DNA from: Macrostomum hystrix
Lineage: Eukaryota > Animalia > Platyhelminthes
NCBI GenBank assembly: GCA_950097015.1
Contig: CATNEN010000038.1
Span: 1,612,001 to 1,676,000 of the forward strand
Direction of reading: 5' to 3'
DNA: 64,000 nt
Shown here: piece after piece, positions 25,432 through 37,700 of the stretch
Numbering within the stretch: position 1 is the stretch's first letter
How the letters are laid out: each line of letters opens with the position of its first letter
Made by a program: the position numbers and the translations under genes
The notes under the pieces: generated by a model
What the model saw: the letters and a program-made list of their open reading frames with translations, nothing else
What the model was told of the DNA's origin: nothing
The model's database searches: none

Positions 25432-28173
25432 CCGGGGCGTAGCCAGGGGGGGGCCGCGGCCTCCCTAATCGGCAGACAAATCTATGAGGCGCCCCCTGGT
25501 AGTGGCGCCTCCCAGTAGTGGCGCCTCCCAGTAGTGGCGCCTCCTAGTAGTGGCGCCTCCCAGTAGTGGCGCCTCCCAGTAGTGGCGCCTCCCAGTAGTG
25601 GCGCCTCCCAGTAGTGGCGCCTCCCAGTAGTGGCGCCTCCCAGTAGTGGCGCCTCCCAGTTGTGGCGCCTCCCAGTAGTGGCGCCTCCCAGTAGTGGCGC
25701 CTCCCAGTTGTGGCGCCTCCCAGTAGTGGCGCCTCCCAGTAGTGGCGCCTCCCAGTAGTGGCGCCTCCTAGTAGTGGCGCCTCCCAGTAGTGGCGCCTCC
25801 CAGTAGTGGCGCCTCCCAGTAGTGGCGCCTCCCAGTAGTGGCGCCTCCCAGTTGTGGCGCCTCCCAGTAGTGGCGCCTCCTGGTAGTGGCGCCTCCCAGT
25901 AGTGGCGCCTCCCAGTAGTGGCGCCTCCTTGTAGTGGCGCCTCCCAGTAGTGGCGCCCCCTGGTAGTGGCGCCTCCCAGTAGTGGCGCCCCCTGGTAGTG
26001 GCGCCCCCTGGTAGTGGCGCCTCCCAGTAGTGGCGCCTCCCAGTAGTGGCGCCTCCCAGTAGTGGCGCCTCCCAGTAGTGGCGCCTCCCAGTTGTGGCGC
26101 CTCCCAGTAGTGGCGCCTCCCAGTAGTGGCGCCTCCCAGTTGTGGCGCCTCCCAGTAGTGGCGCCTCCCAGTAGTGGCGCCTCCCAGTAGTGGCGCCTCC
26201 CAGTTGTGGCGCCTCCCAGTAGTGGCGCCTCCTGGTAGTGGCGCCTCCCAGTAGTGGCGCCTCCCAGTAGTGGCGCCTCCTTGTAGTGGCGCCTCCCAGT
26301 AGTGGCGCCTCCCAGTAGTGGCGCCTCCCAGTTGTGGCGCCTCCCAGTAGTGGCGCCTCCCAGTAGTGGCGCCTCCCAGTAGTGGCGCCTCCCAGTTGTG
26401 GCGCCTCCCAGTAGTGGCGCCTCCTGGTAGTGGCGCCTCCCAGTAGTGGCGCCTCCCAGTAGTGGCGCCTCCTTGTAGTGGCGCCTCCCAGTAGTGGCGC
26501 CCCCTGGTAGTGGCGCCTCCCAGTAGTGGCGCCCCCTGGTAGTGGCGCCCCCTGGTAGTGGCGCCTCCCAGTAGTGGCGCCTCCCAGTAGTGGCGCCTCC
26601 CAGTAGTGGCGCCTCCCAGTAGTGGCGCCTCCCAGTAGTGGCGCCTCCCAGTTGTGGCGCCTCCCAGTAGTGGCGCCTCCCAGTAGTGGCGCCTCCCAGT
26701 TGTGGCGCCTCCCAGTAGTGGCGCCTCCCAGTAGTGGCGCCTCCCAGTAGTGGCGCCTCCCAGTTGTGGCGCCTCCCAGTAGTGGCGCCTCCTGGTAGTG
26801 GCGCCTCCCAGTAGTGGCGCCTCCCAGTAGTGGCGCCTCCTTGTAGTGGCGCCTCCCAGTAGTGGCGCCCCCTGGTAGTGGCGCCTCCCAGTAGTGGCGC
26901 CCCCTGGTAGTGGCGCCCCCTGGTAGTGGCGCCTCCCAGTAGTGGCGCCTCCCAGTAGTGGCGCCTCCCAGTAGTGGCGCCTCCCAGTAGTGGCGCCTCC
27001 CAGTTGTGGCGCCTCCCAGTAGTGGCGCCTCCTGGTAGTGGCGCCTCCCAGTAGTGGCGCCTCCCAGTAGTGGCGCCTCCTTGTAGTGGCGCCTCCCAGT
27101 AGTGGCGCCCCCTGGTAGTGGCGCCCCCTGGTAGTGGCGCCTCCCAGTAGTGGCGCCCCCTGGTAGTGGCGCCTCCCAGTAGTGGCGCCCCCTGGTAGTG
27201 GCGCCCCCTGGTAGTGGCGCCTCCCAGTAGTGGCGCCCCCTGGTAGTGGCGCCCCCTGGTAGTGGCGCCTCCCAGTAGTGGCGCCCCCTGGTAGTGGCGC
27301 CCCCTGGTAGTGGCGCCTCCCAGTAGTGGCGCCTCCCAGTAGTGGCGCCTCCCAGTAGTGGCGCCTCCCAGTAGTGGCGCCTCCCAGTAGTGGCGCCTCC
27401 CAGTAGTGGCGCCTCCTTGTAGTGGCGCCTCCCAGTAGTGGCGCCCCCTGGTAGTGGCGCCCCTGGTAGTGGCGCCTCCTAGTAGTGGCGCCTCTTAGTA
27501 GTTGCGCCTCCCAGTAGTGGCGCCCCCTGGTAGTGGCGCCCCTGGTAGTGGCGCCTCCCAGTAGTGGCGCCTCCTAGTAGTGGCGCCTCCCAGTAGTGGC
27601 GCCTCCCAGTAGTGGCGCCTCCCAGTAGTGGCGCCTCCCAGTAGTGGCGCCTCCCAGTAGTGGCGCCTCCCAGTAGTGGCGCCTCCCAGTAGTGGCGCCT
27701 CCTTGTAGTGGCGCCTCCCAGTAGTGGCGCCCCCTGGTAGTGGCGCCCCTGGTAGTGGCGCCTCCCAGTAGTGGCGCCTCCTAGTAGTGGCGCCTCCTAG
27801 TAGTGGCGCCTCCCAGTAGTGGCGCCCCCTGGTAGTGGCGCCCCTGGTAGTGGCGCCTCCCAGTAGTGGCGCCTCCCAGTAGTGGCGCCTCCCAGTAGTG
27901 GCGCCTCCCAGTAGTGGCGCCTCCTTGTAGTGGCGCCTCCCAGTAGTGGCGCCCCCTGGTAGTGGCGCCCCTGGTAGTGGCGCCTCCCAGTAGTGGCGCC
28001 TCCTAGTAGTGGCGCCTCCTAGTAGTGGCGCCTCCCAGTAGTGGCGCCCCCTGGTAGTGGCGCCCCTGGTAGTGGCGCCTCCCAGTAGTGGCGCCTCCTA
28101 GTAGTGGCGCCTCCTAGTAGTGGCGCCTCCCAGTAGTGGCGCCCCCTAGACAAAAATCCTGATTACGCCACTG
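25432..28173. mobile_element. hAT-like MITE inflated by an internal 16-bp satellite (AGTGGCGCCTCCCAGT, ~165 copies, ~25490-28148)
   Basis: Imperfect TIRs CCGGGGCGTAGCCAGG (25432) / CCTGATTACGCCACTG (to 28173). Flanking 8-mers GCATAGAG / GCACAGTG match at 6 of 8 positions, consistent with a decayed 8-bp TSD. Confidence 0.75.
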
Positions 28174-28747
28174 GCACAGTGTACTTCATAAAAAGAATTG
28201 CAGCGTTGGAATGTCACTGAAATGTGCTAGCCTCAGTGCTTGTCTCAGTCAGCCAATCCTATTCACTGTGCACCCCCTCCTTCTCTAGCAACCCAGTTTT
28301 TTTGGCTGCCCCGTCCATGCAATACTGAATGTATATTTTCTGCGTCCCAATCTCGCGCTAACCCCTTCAGTTTGGCCTAGTTTGCATTCTCTCTCACCGT
28401 AAATTACGAGCTATTATCGATCGCTGTTAACCCAGCTCCTGCGTCTCCCTGTCTGGACTTAGTTGGCATTTTGTGATGCTTCTTTTCGAAATTCAATTCT
28501 TTACATTGCATGCAGTAATTAATTCTTCTAATGAAACCGAAACAATTCATTCTGCCTGCTTGTTTCTTAATGATTCTTTTACGAAGTTCAAGTTGAATCA
28601 AATTTATTTGAATGTACAGTCTTTTAACGCCAATAAAAGCTATCGAGCTAGCTTGCAAAATCGTTGATAATAATGAGAAAATAAAGGAATGTGCGAGTAT
28701 TATTGTCAGTAAACGGTTGATGATGCATTCACAGGCTGAGCTAGCAT

Positions 28748-31700
28748 TCAGACATAGGCCGCCGAGCGTAGATACTGAAAAAACATCAACATTTCTCACT
28801 GCCAGTATCATGGTAGCTGTGACGTTAATCAAATAATAGTCATAGATTATGTACAGGGGCTGTGACCAAGGACGCATCGTTTGGCGACTGCAATTCTGCC
28901 TTTTCCACTGACCCCTGAACACACATTCGCACAGGGGTATGTACATTGGCTCTGACTTTCTCTTCGTGAGGAAGTGTGAGTTTCAGTGTCGGTTGACACT
29001 GGGCGTATCAATTGTATCACAAGCTGCGAAGTTTTCTCTCCGCGGCGGCGCCACATTTCAACGTGCCCTCGCCGCGGATTCCAGCATGGTGCGATGGGGA
29101 CTCTGATGCGATTGCCAGACCCTTTTCCGCTTCGCAACTCAAACCCAGACGTCAATCAAGAGAACCATAGAATCTACAGAAAACCCCAAGAACCGTTGGA
29201 ATCAGATGCCACTTTAGAACGTAAAGTTTCGTCACTCACCTCGTCCTTGGAGAACGCAGCGTAAACTCCACCGTCCGCCTTCCCCTTGGCCCTGAAGGTC
29301 TCGAAGATCGTCTTGAGCCGCACGCAGCAGACAATGAAGTCGTTGAACTCTACAGTGCCCGCTCTGTCTGAGTAGCGCATCACCAGGCATTTGTAGATGC
29401 GGTTGCTCACTCGGAAGCCTGCAAGGTAGTTTGCAGGAATACTGCAGTAATGCGAGTATCCGTCACAAAGATCTTATTGCTTCACTCACCGACTGTGCTC
29501 AGCGCCTGCCTCAACTCGTAGCTGCTGAAACTTCCCAACTTTTCCCCGTCAAACCTCTTGAAGGCTGTCTTCCATATTCGCAAGCTGCTCCACAGCGCCT
29601 TGAACTCGTCGAAGCCCAGCCGGCCTGATTGGTCGGTGTCCATCATGGCCACCATGGAGCGACTCGTCTCCAGAGAGAAGCCCGCGAAATTGAACTCTGC
29701 GGGTTTCAGATTTGGTACACCCTCCGTCTATACTCTCTCCACTGCTGTTTTCTACTCAATGAGCTAGCCGTACCCCTCATGAAAGCCATGTTGAGAATGT
29801 CTCGCAGCTCGTAGGCGTCCACTTCCTGATCGGATCCGGAGACTTTGTCGAAGGCGTGCCGCAGTGCTAGCTCCTGACCCTGCTCGGTTGCTGACGATTC
29901 CATCACCGGCTTCTGCGGGTCAGTGAAGATTCAGATTCTTGAACGCGATTATTCCTTTCTGATACCGGAGTCCAACGATCATAAATATTTGAAGTAAAAA
30001 AAATTTACCGGCAGATCCACCATAGCAGTCACTTCGTCTAACTCCTCGCAACTGACTGGCCCTTCCGCGTATACTCGCAACAGGAATTCCGTCTCGCCGT
30101 CCGGATGAAAAGTAGTTGGCACGATAACGTAATCCCCTGGAGCTAGCTCGTGCCGACAACATACCTGGCGACGCTTGACATAGCCTGCATGATCCACGTT
30201 CTCGTTGTTCCTGCGATTGGTTTAGTAAGATCCCAGAGTGTCACTACTTCTTCATTTTCCTCTCCCTCGGTGTGTCTGTTTAAGTTGAAGCACGCTGTCC
30301 TACTGCGCTTTCTTTTCTCCCCCCCTGTACGTGTAACTTCTTAGCTTATCTTCACTTATCTCTTCTCTCCCTCATCTCTGATTGGCTCACTATTCGTATA
30401 TCTTTCCTCACCCACTCCTTATTATCTCATACCCTCTGGCCAATCCTTACACCTCTTACACTCTAACCCCCTCCTTATCTGGTGTTACTTAAATATATGG
30501 ACTCTCGGCACTAAGGTCGCTCGCGCTCTTTCTACATGCTCAAAGCCGTAAAGACGGTCACTTACTGCGAAGACTCAAATAAGTGCACGATTTCTTTGGA
30601 AAGAAATTGCACAGTGTGATACACAATCCACTTTCATTCCTGATCCCATAGAAGCCACACTCCTACACTCATTCCTGATGCCATAGAAGCCACACTCCTG
30701 CACTCATTCCTGATGCTATAGAAGCCACACTCCTGCACTCATTCCTGATGCCATAGAAGCCACACTCCTGCACTCATTCCTGATGCCATAGAAGCCACAC
30801 TCCTGCACTCATTCCTGATGCCATAGAAGCCACACTCCTGCACTCATTCCTGATGCCATAGAAGCCACACTCCTGCACTCATTCCTGATCCCATAGAAGC
30901 CACACTCCTGCACTCATTCCTGATGCCATAGAAGCCACACTCCTGCACTCATTCCTGATGCCATAGAAGCCACACTCCTGCACTTATTCCTGATGCCATA
31001 GAAGCCACACTCCTACACTCATTCCTGATCCCATAGAAGCCACACTCCTGCACTCATTCCTGATGCCATAGAAGCCACACTCCTGCACTCATTCCTGATG
31101 CCATAGAAGCCACACTCCTGCACTCATTCCTGATGCCATAGAAGCCACACTCCTACACTCATTCCTGATCCCATAGAAGCCACACTCCTGCACTCATTCC
31201 TGATCCCATAGAAGCCACACTCCTGCACTCATTCCTGATCCCATAGAAGCCAGTAGTATGCAAGAGGGGGCTTCTAGGACAAAAATAATCGCAGCCTCCA
31301 TTATCCACAAACCATTACTTTTATTATTCCCGAAGAGATCAGGAAAAAAAGGGTCCCCGCCTCTCTCTAAAAAACTCCGTCTCCGTATTCTAAATTCTCT
31401 ACTTTTAATATTCCACATCAGTTTGTAAGTTGAATATCTAGGACAAAAAATTATCGCAGCCTCCTTAATAAATAAACCATTACCTTTCCTGAAGGAACAA
31501 GGTTCCCCGCCAAAAAAAAAATACTTTCCAGTTTGTGAGTTGCACATCTTGGACAAAACAAATTATCGCAGCCACTCCCTAAGAGATCATGCACAAAATA
31601 GCGAAGCTGCAAAAAGCGTGCCAAGACAATCAAATTAGCACTAAAATCCCAATCAAGACCCCAAACCTTGGGTGCTCATCCTCCGAAAAAAAATTAAATT

Positions 31701-34700
31701 CTTATTAAAAATGCTCCCAATCGTCTCTCCAGGATCTTATTACAAAAGGCATGAGCCTAATTACAAGAGTAAGTACCAATGCAAACAAGAATGCAGCGAG
31801 TACATGAAGAAATATTGTCCCAACGTCGATATCAATGTCCCTAATATTAATCAAGCTCTCCAAAGTCACTGGTTTCATAAGTATGGAGTAATTATAAAGG
31901 ACTATGACAGCTACTATAACTTTGCAGAAATCATTAAGCAGCTATAGACTTTCGTTACAATAGGTTTAAGACTTCTAGACTGCATTAAAATCGATATTTT
32001 TACGTACAAGCGAATGATATTTTGCTGTGTGGCGGGTGGTGTTGAGCGGATTGGGTACGACAGCTGGTTCGGGAATATTCTAGAACGCCCCGTCACGTGA
32101 AGTGAACGTGTATAAATATGCACGCATATCGCTAGACACTGCATGGTATCATAGTGGCTCAAATCCCAGCTTTTTTCAGTGCGCTTCCTAGTCCAAAACC
32201 TAAAAACATGACGCAGAAAACTGGTATCTCTGACGAACTCGCGTGCAATTTATCTTTGGTACCAACGCTCGTAGAATCGCCGATGCAGATCTCGACGCAA
32301 GAAGAAGACCAGCTTTTAGCGCCGACGCAATCACAGTTGATTAGGACCGACACCGTATCCATCACAAGTACACTGAATGGAATGTTTGCCGATCTTCCAT
32401 CTGATCGACAAACAAAGTGGTCGGGTAAGAAAACAGCTGCGCTTTCTGAACTTAAAAAACTGGAGGCGACACTTGAAGAAGACGATGACGAGGAAGATTT
32501 CACCGAAGAAGAAAAACTAAAACAGAAAGAAGAGAAGACAAAGGAAAGGCTGAATCAGCTCAAAACCACACTAAAGGATAATGTCATCAAAGGGCCGCAA
32601 TGTGTATCACATGGCTTCAAAGTGTTCTCATTTGAGAGAAGAAATTCGCTTAAGATCGCCATAGAGCACCTGTCAAACATCAACCGCGACATCGAGCACA
32701 ATCGCCGGAACATTATATACCTGGCTGTTGCAGCCGGGCAAATACTTAAAACAGTGCAGCAGAAGCTGACAAACCGGAAGAAAGGATTTGCGAGCTTTCT
32801 GGACGAAAATCAAAAGAAGATGGGTATCAAGAAGTCAACAGCATATTTCTATATGAAGCTGGCAATGATCGCCGTAGACTTTCCGACGATTCAACAGTTG
32901 TCTCTACCATTGCGAAAACTGCAAGCGATCTTGCCTCGTTTGAGGGAAGTCTGCCGCGCCGATGAAGATTTTTGGAAGAATCTTCAGTAAGATTGATACT
33001 CCTTCAGCTGAAATCGACAGCGCTTCGGTGACGCACAGACTGTATTTCTCAACCATTTCTCCTTCTATGTTGCGAATGCTTTGGTTTGCATGGGTGCTTG
33101 CGCTTTTTCATTTTCTGCATATGTCATTAATTGCATGCTGACGTCATAAAATACATAGCTATTGAGGTCGCTTTTCGCTGCGCGCCTCCTGTGTCTTCTT
33201 GTGTGTTCGCTTTGTGTTCGGCTGGTCACTAAAGTACATTTGAAGGTCAAAGCTGTCCAACGCGTTGGAAAATCTGCCACTGCTAAGCTTTCTCAACTCC
33301 CAACTCTTTCAACAGTCTTCCCATTTCTCTATTTGGTGCCTGCAATACAAAACCAAACCTATCTCTACCCCCACACTCCACACCCGCCTTCCCACACACG
33401 CACCCCTCTTCCCACAAACAGCCACCAATCCCCAACCCCAACTTTGTCTTACCAAAAATAACAGCTTTAACTAGCTTCCGAGCGATCGATTCCCTCCACC
33501 CGCTTGAAGCCCCCATATTGTCTAGCATTCTGAGCATTTCTTTGTCCCAGCGAGTCTTCTCCTCTGGAAAATCCCTATACTTAATATCATGCCACATACA
33601 GACAGAGTCTAGCTCGTTCACAGGCTCATGCCCAGGATTTGGATTATTGTTTTTATCTAGCTGTATTTCAAGCGGATTCAAAGGCCCGCAATATTTGTAG
33701 CCGGGAATTGTCCAGCCTTTGTTTGGATGAGGAAGCTTTTCTACCAGTCCATGTGAGTCTAAGTTTCCACCAGAGCGTTGCATCATTTTTATAAAAAATT
33801 AAATAAAAAATAATGGCAGATCAGAAACTTCAAAAGCTCTACTACAGCGACAAAGGATTCTTTGTAGGAAAAAATGCAGTCACTAAACTCGCAGAACTAA
33901 GCAATGAATCAAAACAAACAGTTGAAAGATGGCTCTCTAAGCAAGCAGTTTACCAAGTCTATTTCCCACCTGTTAAATTTACAAGACCTCACTTTAACAT
34001 CTATAAACCTAATGAAGCGCACCAAGCAGATCTTCTGTTTCTCCCCAATGACTCAGGCTACAAGTATGCGCTCACTGTTATAGACATTGCCTCCAGATAT
34101 AAGGAAGCGAGACCGCTTAAGACTAAGAAGTCAGAAGCAGTTGCAGCTGCCCTCCAAGACATTTACAAAAACTCACCGCTCACATACCCCCAAACCTTTA
34201 TGACTGATCCTGGCAAAGAATTCATGGGAGCAGTCAAATCCCTTATGGAAAAGAACAATACGAAAATGCGCTATGGAAGAACTGAGCTCCATAGAGACCA
34301 GGCTTTTGTTGAAAGATTCAATCTAACTCTAGCAAAGAGACTTTTCACAAAGCAGACAGCTGAAGAGCTGAAACTAAAAAGTGGCCAATACTATACCAAG
34401 TGGACAGAAAGACTCCCCGCAGTAATAAGTCAACTGAACAATGAAGTATCTCGAATGACAAACCTGAAACCAAATACTGCCATCAAACAAGACACAGTTA
34501 AATCAAAACATTCAATCGCCCAATTCCCAATTCCAAAGCTCCCTGGTGTTTATTCCCCGGAAATTCTTACTAACTCTGAATTCGTTCGCTTCCTTTACTT
34601 ACCAGGAGAGCTGGAGAAGGACACAAAGAGAAGAGCAACAGACCCATACTTTAGTCTTGATGTACATAAGATAAACAGGCATTTCACATCAGCATCCGGT

Positions 34701-37700
34701 GATTACTATTTTCTATCCCAAGACTTTAATTCAAAAGCCCCCACACGATCATTCACAAGGGCTGAGCTTCTAGTGATTCCACATGACACAGAAATAAATT
34801 AAATTTTTTTTTAAATAAAATGATTGAAACCAGAACCGTGAATAAAATCAGCAGAATTATCGACTCTAAGAAGCCAGGCGTTGTATCAATTAAAGGTGTC
34901 AAAGTCAAAGTAGATCCAATCCAGCATCTGATCCATTGTAACAATCAAACGCACAATATCACTGATGAGAAGACAGGTGGGATTCTTCCTTTGCTAACTC
35001 TTATCCCCATCATCGCAGGTGCTCTTGGTGCTGCAGGAGGTGTAGCCGGCGGAGTTGCATCAGCTGTGAAGGCTGGCAATGACAGAGCACATCAACAAGA
35101 GATGGAGAAAATCGCTAGAGAAAAAGGAGTCAGAATCGGGGGTAGTTGTGAATCTGATGAATCAGCTGATGAATCAGTCAGCAAATCAGAAATCGTTAAA
35201 GCCATCATGACACTGCATAAAGCAGGATTTACAATACTCCGGATGTGAAAACAGAACAGAACAGAATCTGCTCTCATAACTATATTTAGCACTGTTGGTA
35301 GTAGTATGCCATACTTTACACTTAACTTGAGGGTGACCACCCTAAATTTTTTTTATAAAATTTTCATTAAAAATGCCTAAAGCAATTCCAGAAAAAAAAT
35401 TTGTCGAATCTTTCTTTCAAAATTATTGTCCTCAAGCCTCTTCTTTTCAGCAGAAAAGTAAAGTTTTGCAAGAGCTTTGCAGGCAGAAATTCAATACAGA
35501 TCCAGGCCACCTCGGGAGCTATGCAATACAGCAAGAAATTATTAATCAGCTTCTGCATTCAGAGCAGTACACACCAGTGAAGAAGCCGGCGACTGAACAC
35601 CAACAAAAGAGCCGCAGCTTAGTCAATAAGTATGAGACACTCACAGGTCAAAATGTGTCGAAATACCCACAGAATAAGCAAGAGCAAGAAGATCTAGAAC
35701 GCACAATCCACCAGGTTGAAGCAGAGCTACAAGCAGAAACTGAAGACCTTAAATTTGCACAGAGAAAATTCACAGAGTATTATATTGAATACACAATCCA
35801 GGAAGACACCACAAATTCCCAATCCGACATTTACGACTTCAAAGACAGAATTCAATCAGTAATTGATCACACACTGAAGTCACGTAAGACCTTCAAGCTT
35901 CAGTTATCATTCAAGATAGAATTTTACATGCCTGCAAAACCCACTGAGCGTCTTGAATACTACATGACTACTAAAGCTCTACCCTTTACTCCCACTGACA
36001 CACAGGATCCCTTTCTTCAAGAGATCAGTAAAAAGATTGACGCCTTTACTTCCAGAGGATCAGGTTGGGTTGTCAATGGCATTCAAAAAGCTACAGTAAT
36101 GATCATGAAATATGACCCTCTCAAAGCTTCATCATATATTGAGCTCCCGAAAAAGTTAGCGAGTAAAAAAGCTTGCATCAATGTGCAAAATGATGACCAA
36201 TGCTGTGCACTATGGGCCGTTCTGTCTGCAATATTGTATGAGAAAGATCGAGCCCACCCAGAGAGAACTTCTCATTATAAAATGTATTTTGACGCAAAAC
36301 TTTTAGAATGCCATGCTAAAGGAATTTCCTTCAATAGAGGCGGCTTGGCAATCGATCAAATCCCAAAGCTAGAGGAAGTATTTAACAATAAAATCAGAAT
36401 CACAGTCTTTGAATGGAATGAGAAGAGCGAAAAAGTACAATTAGTCAGAGCCAGTAAAAACACGCTAGATCCTGAAGGTAGGCGTCGCATAGATGTCGAT
36501 CTTCTAATCATAGGTGATTTGCGAGAAAATGCCCACTACGTTTGGATTAAAGATCTTTCCAGGCTCCTCCACAAGCAAATGAACAATCATCATGAATCGG
36601 TAGCAATCTGCCGTCTTTGTCTGAAGCATTATAGTGGACCCGATCGTGATGAAAAACTTAAAGAGCATGAACTGACCTGTGAAGATCATCCAACCAACTG
36701 CACACTTCCAACGGATAAGCATCTCAGATTTAAGAGTTATCACAAGATGGAGAAGCTCCCGTTTATAGTGTATGCCGACTTCGAATGTACTATAAACCCT
36801 GAAACCAATAAGCATGTCCCAAATTCTGTTGCGTATCTCTTTATTGGAAGAGACTCTTTTATTTGCTCAAACTATTTCTTAGGCGAACAGTGTGTTGAAC
36901 AATTCATTTACTCGATGATGGAATTACAGAAAAATGTTGCTGCCATTCAGCCTGTTCAAATAATTATGTCCGATCAAGATGAAATCGACTTCGGATCTGC
37001 AACTCATTGTCACATTTGCCGAAAGCTATTAACACCCTGCGACGTCAAAAACCACACAGTCAGAGACCACGATCACTTCACAGGAAAATTTAGAGGGGCA
37101 GCTCATAACACCTGTAATCTGAAACTTCAGAAAAACATCCGCGACCTTACCATTTTCTTCCATAACGGAAGGGGATATGATTATCACTTGTTGGTTGAGA
37201 AGCTGGGTATAATACCAGGCATTAAACTAGATTGCATCGCAGAGAACAAAGAAAAGTTTAAGTGCATTGATATTAAGCGAGATTCAGGCAAGATTAAGAT
37301 CAAAGATTCATTCCAGTTTCTGGCCGCAAGTCTCGATGCTTTGAGTAAAAATCTCACCGATGACCAATGTACTTATACCAAGATGCTGGCAGATTCCCCA
37401 GATTCATTTAAGCTTCTTAGAAAGAAAGGTGTCTACCCTTATGAATGTAATCACGTCTTTGCAGAACCACTACCACCCAAGGACAAGTTCTTTTCAAAGC
37501 TAACAAACTCTGGGATTTCTGATGAAGATTATGAGCATGCTCAGACTGTTTACAAACATTTTAACTGTCGAAACTTTCTTGATTATCACATGCTTTACCT
37601 TTGGACTGATGTCTTTCTTCTAGCTGATGTATTTGAAACCTTTAGAAAGACCTGGTACTCTGCTTATGGTCTCGACCCCGCTCATTATGTGTCTTTGCCT

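Noticed and set aside
28404-28946. 180-aa minus-strand ORF
   Set aside because: Spans a SINE, intron and 3'UTR; the calpain's last exon here is in another frame.
30320-30630. Possible solo LTR (CCAAT/TATA-like motifs, TG...CA)
   Set aside because: No convincing TSD or second copy in the window.
5221-31251. Regular 20-42-bp repeats as CRISPR arrays
   Set aside because: Units are head-to-tail with no unique spacers, there are no cas genes, and the context is eukaryotic.
33065-33280. 71-aa ORF and TGACGTCA site between convergent Polinton genes
   Set aside because: No ATG start or A-run context; a single 8-mer could be chance.
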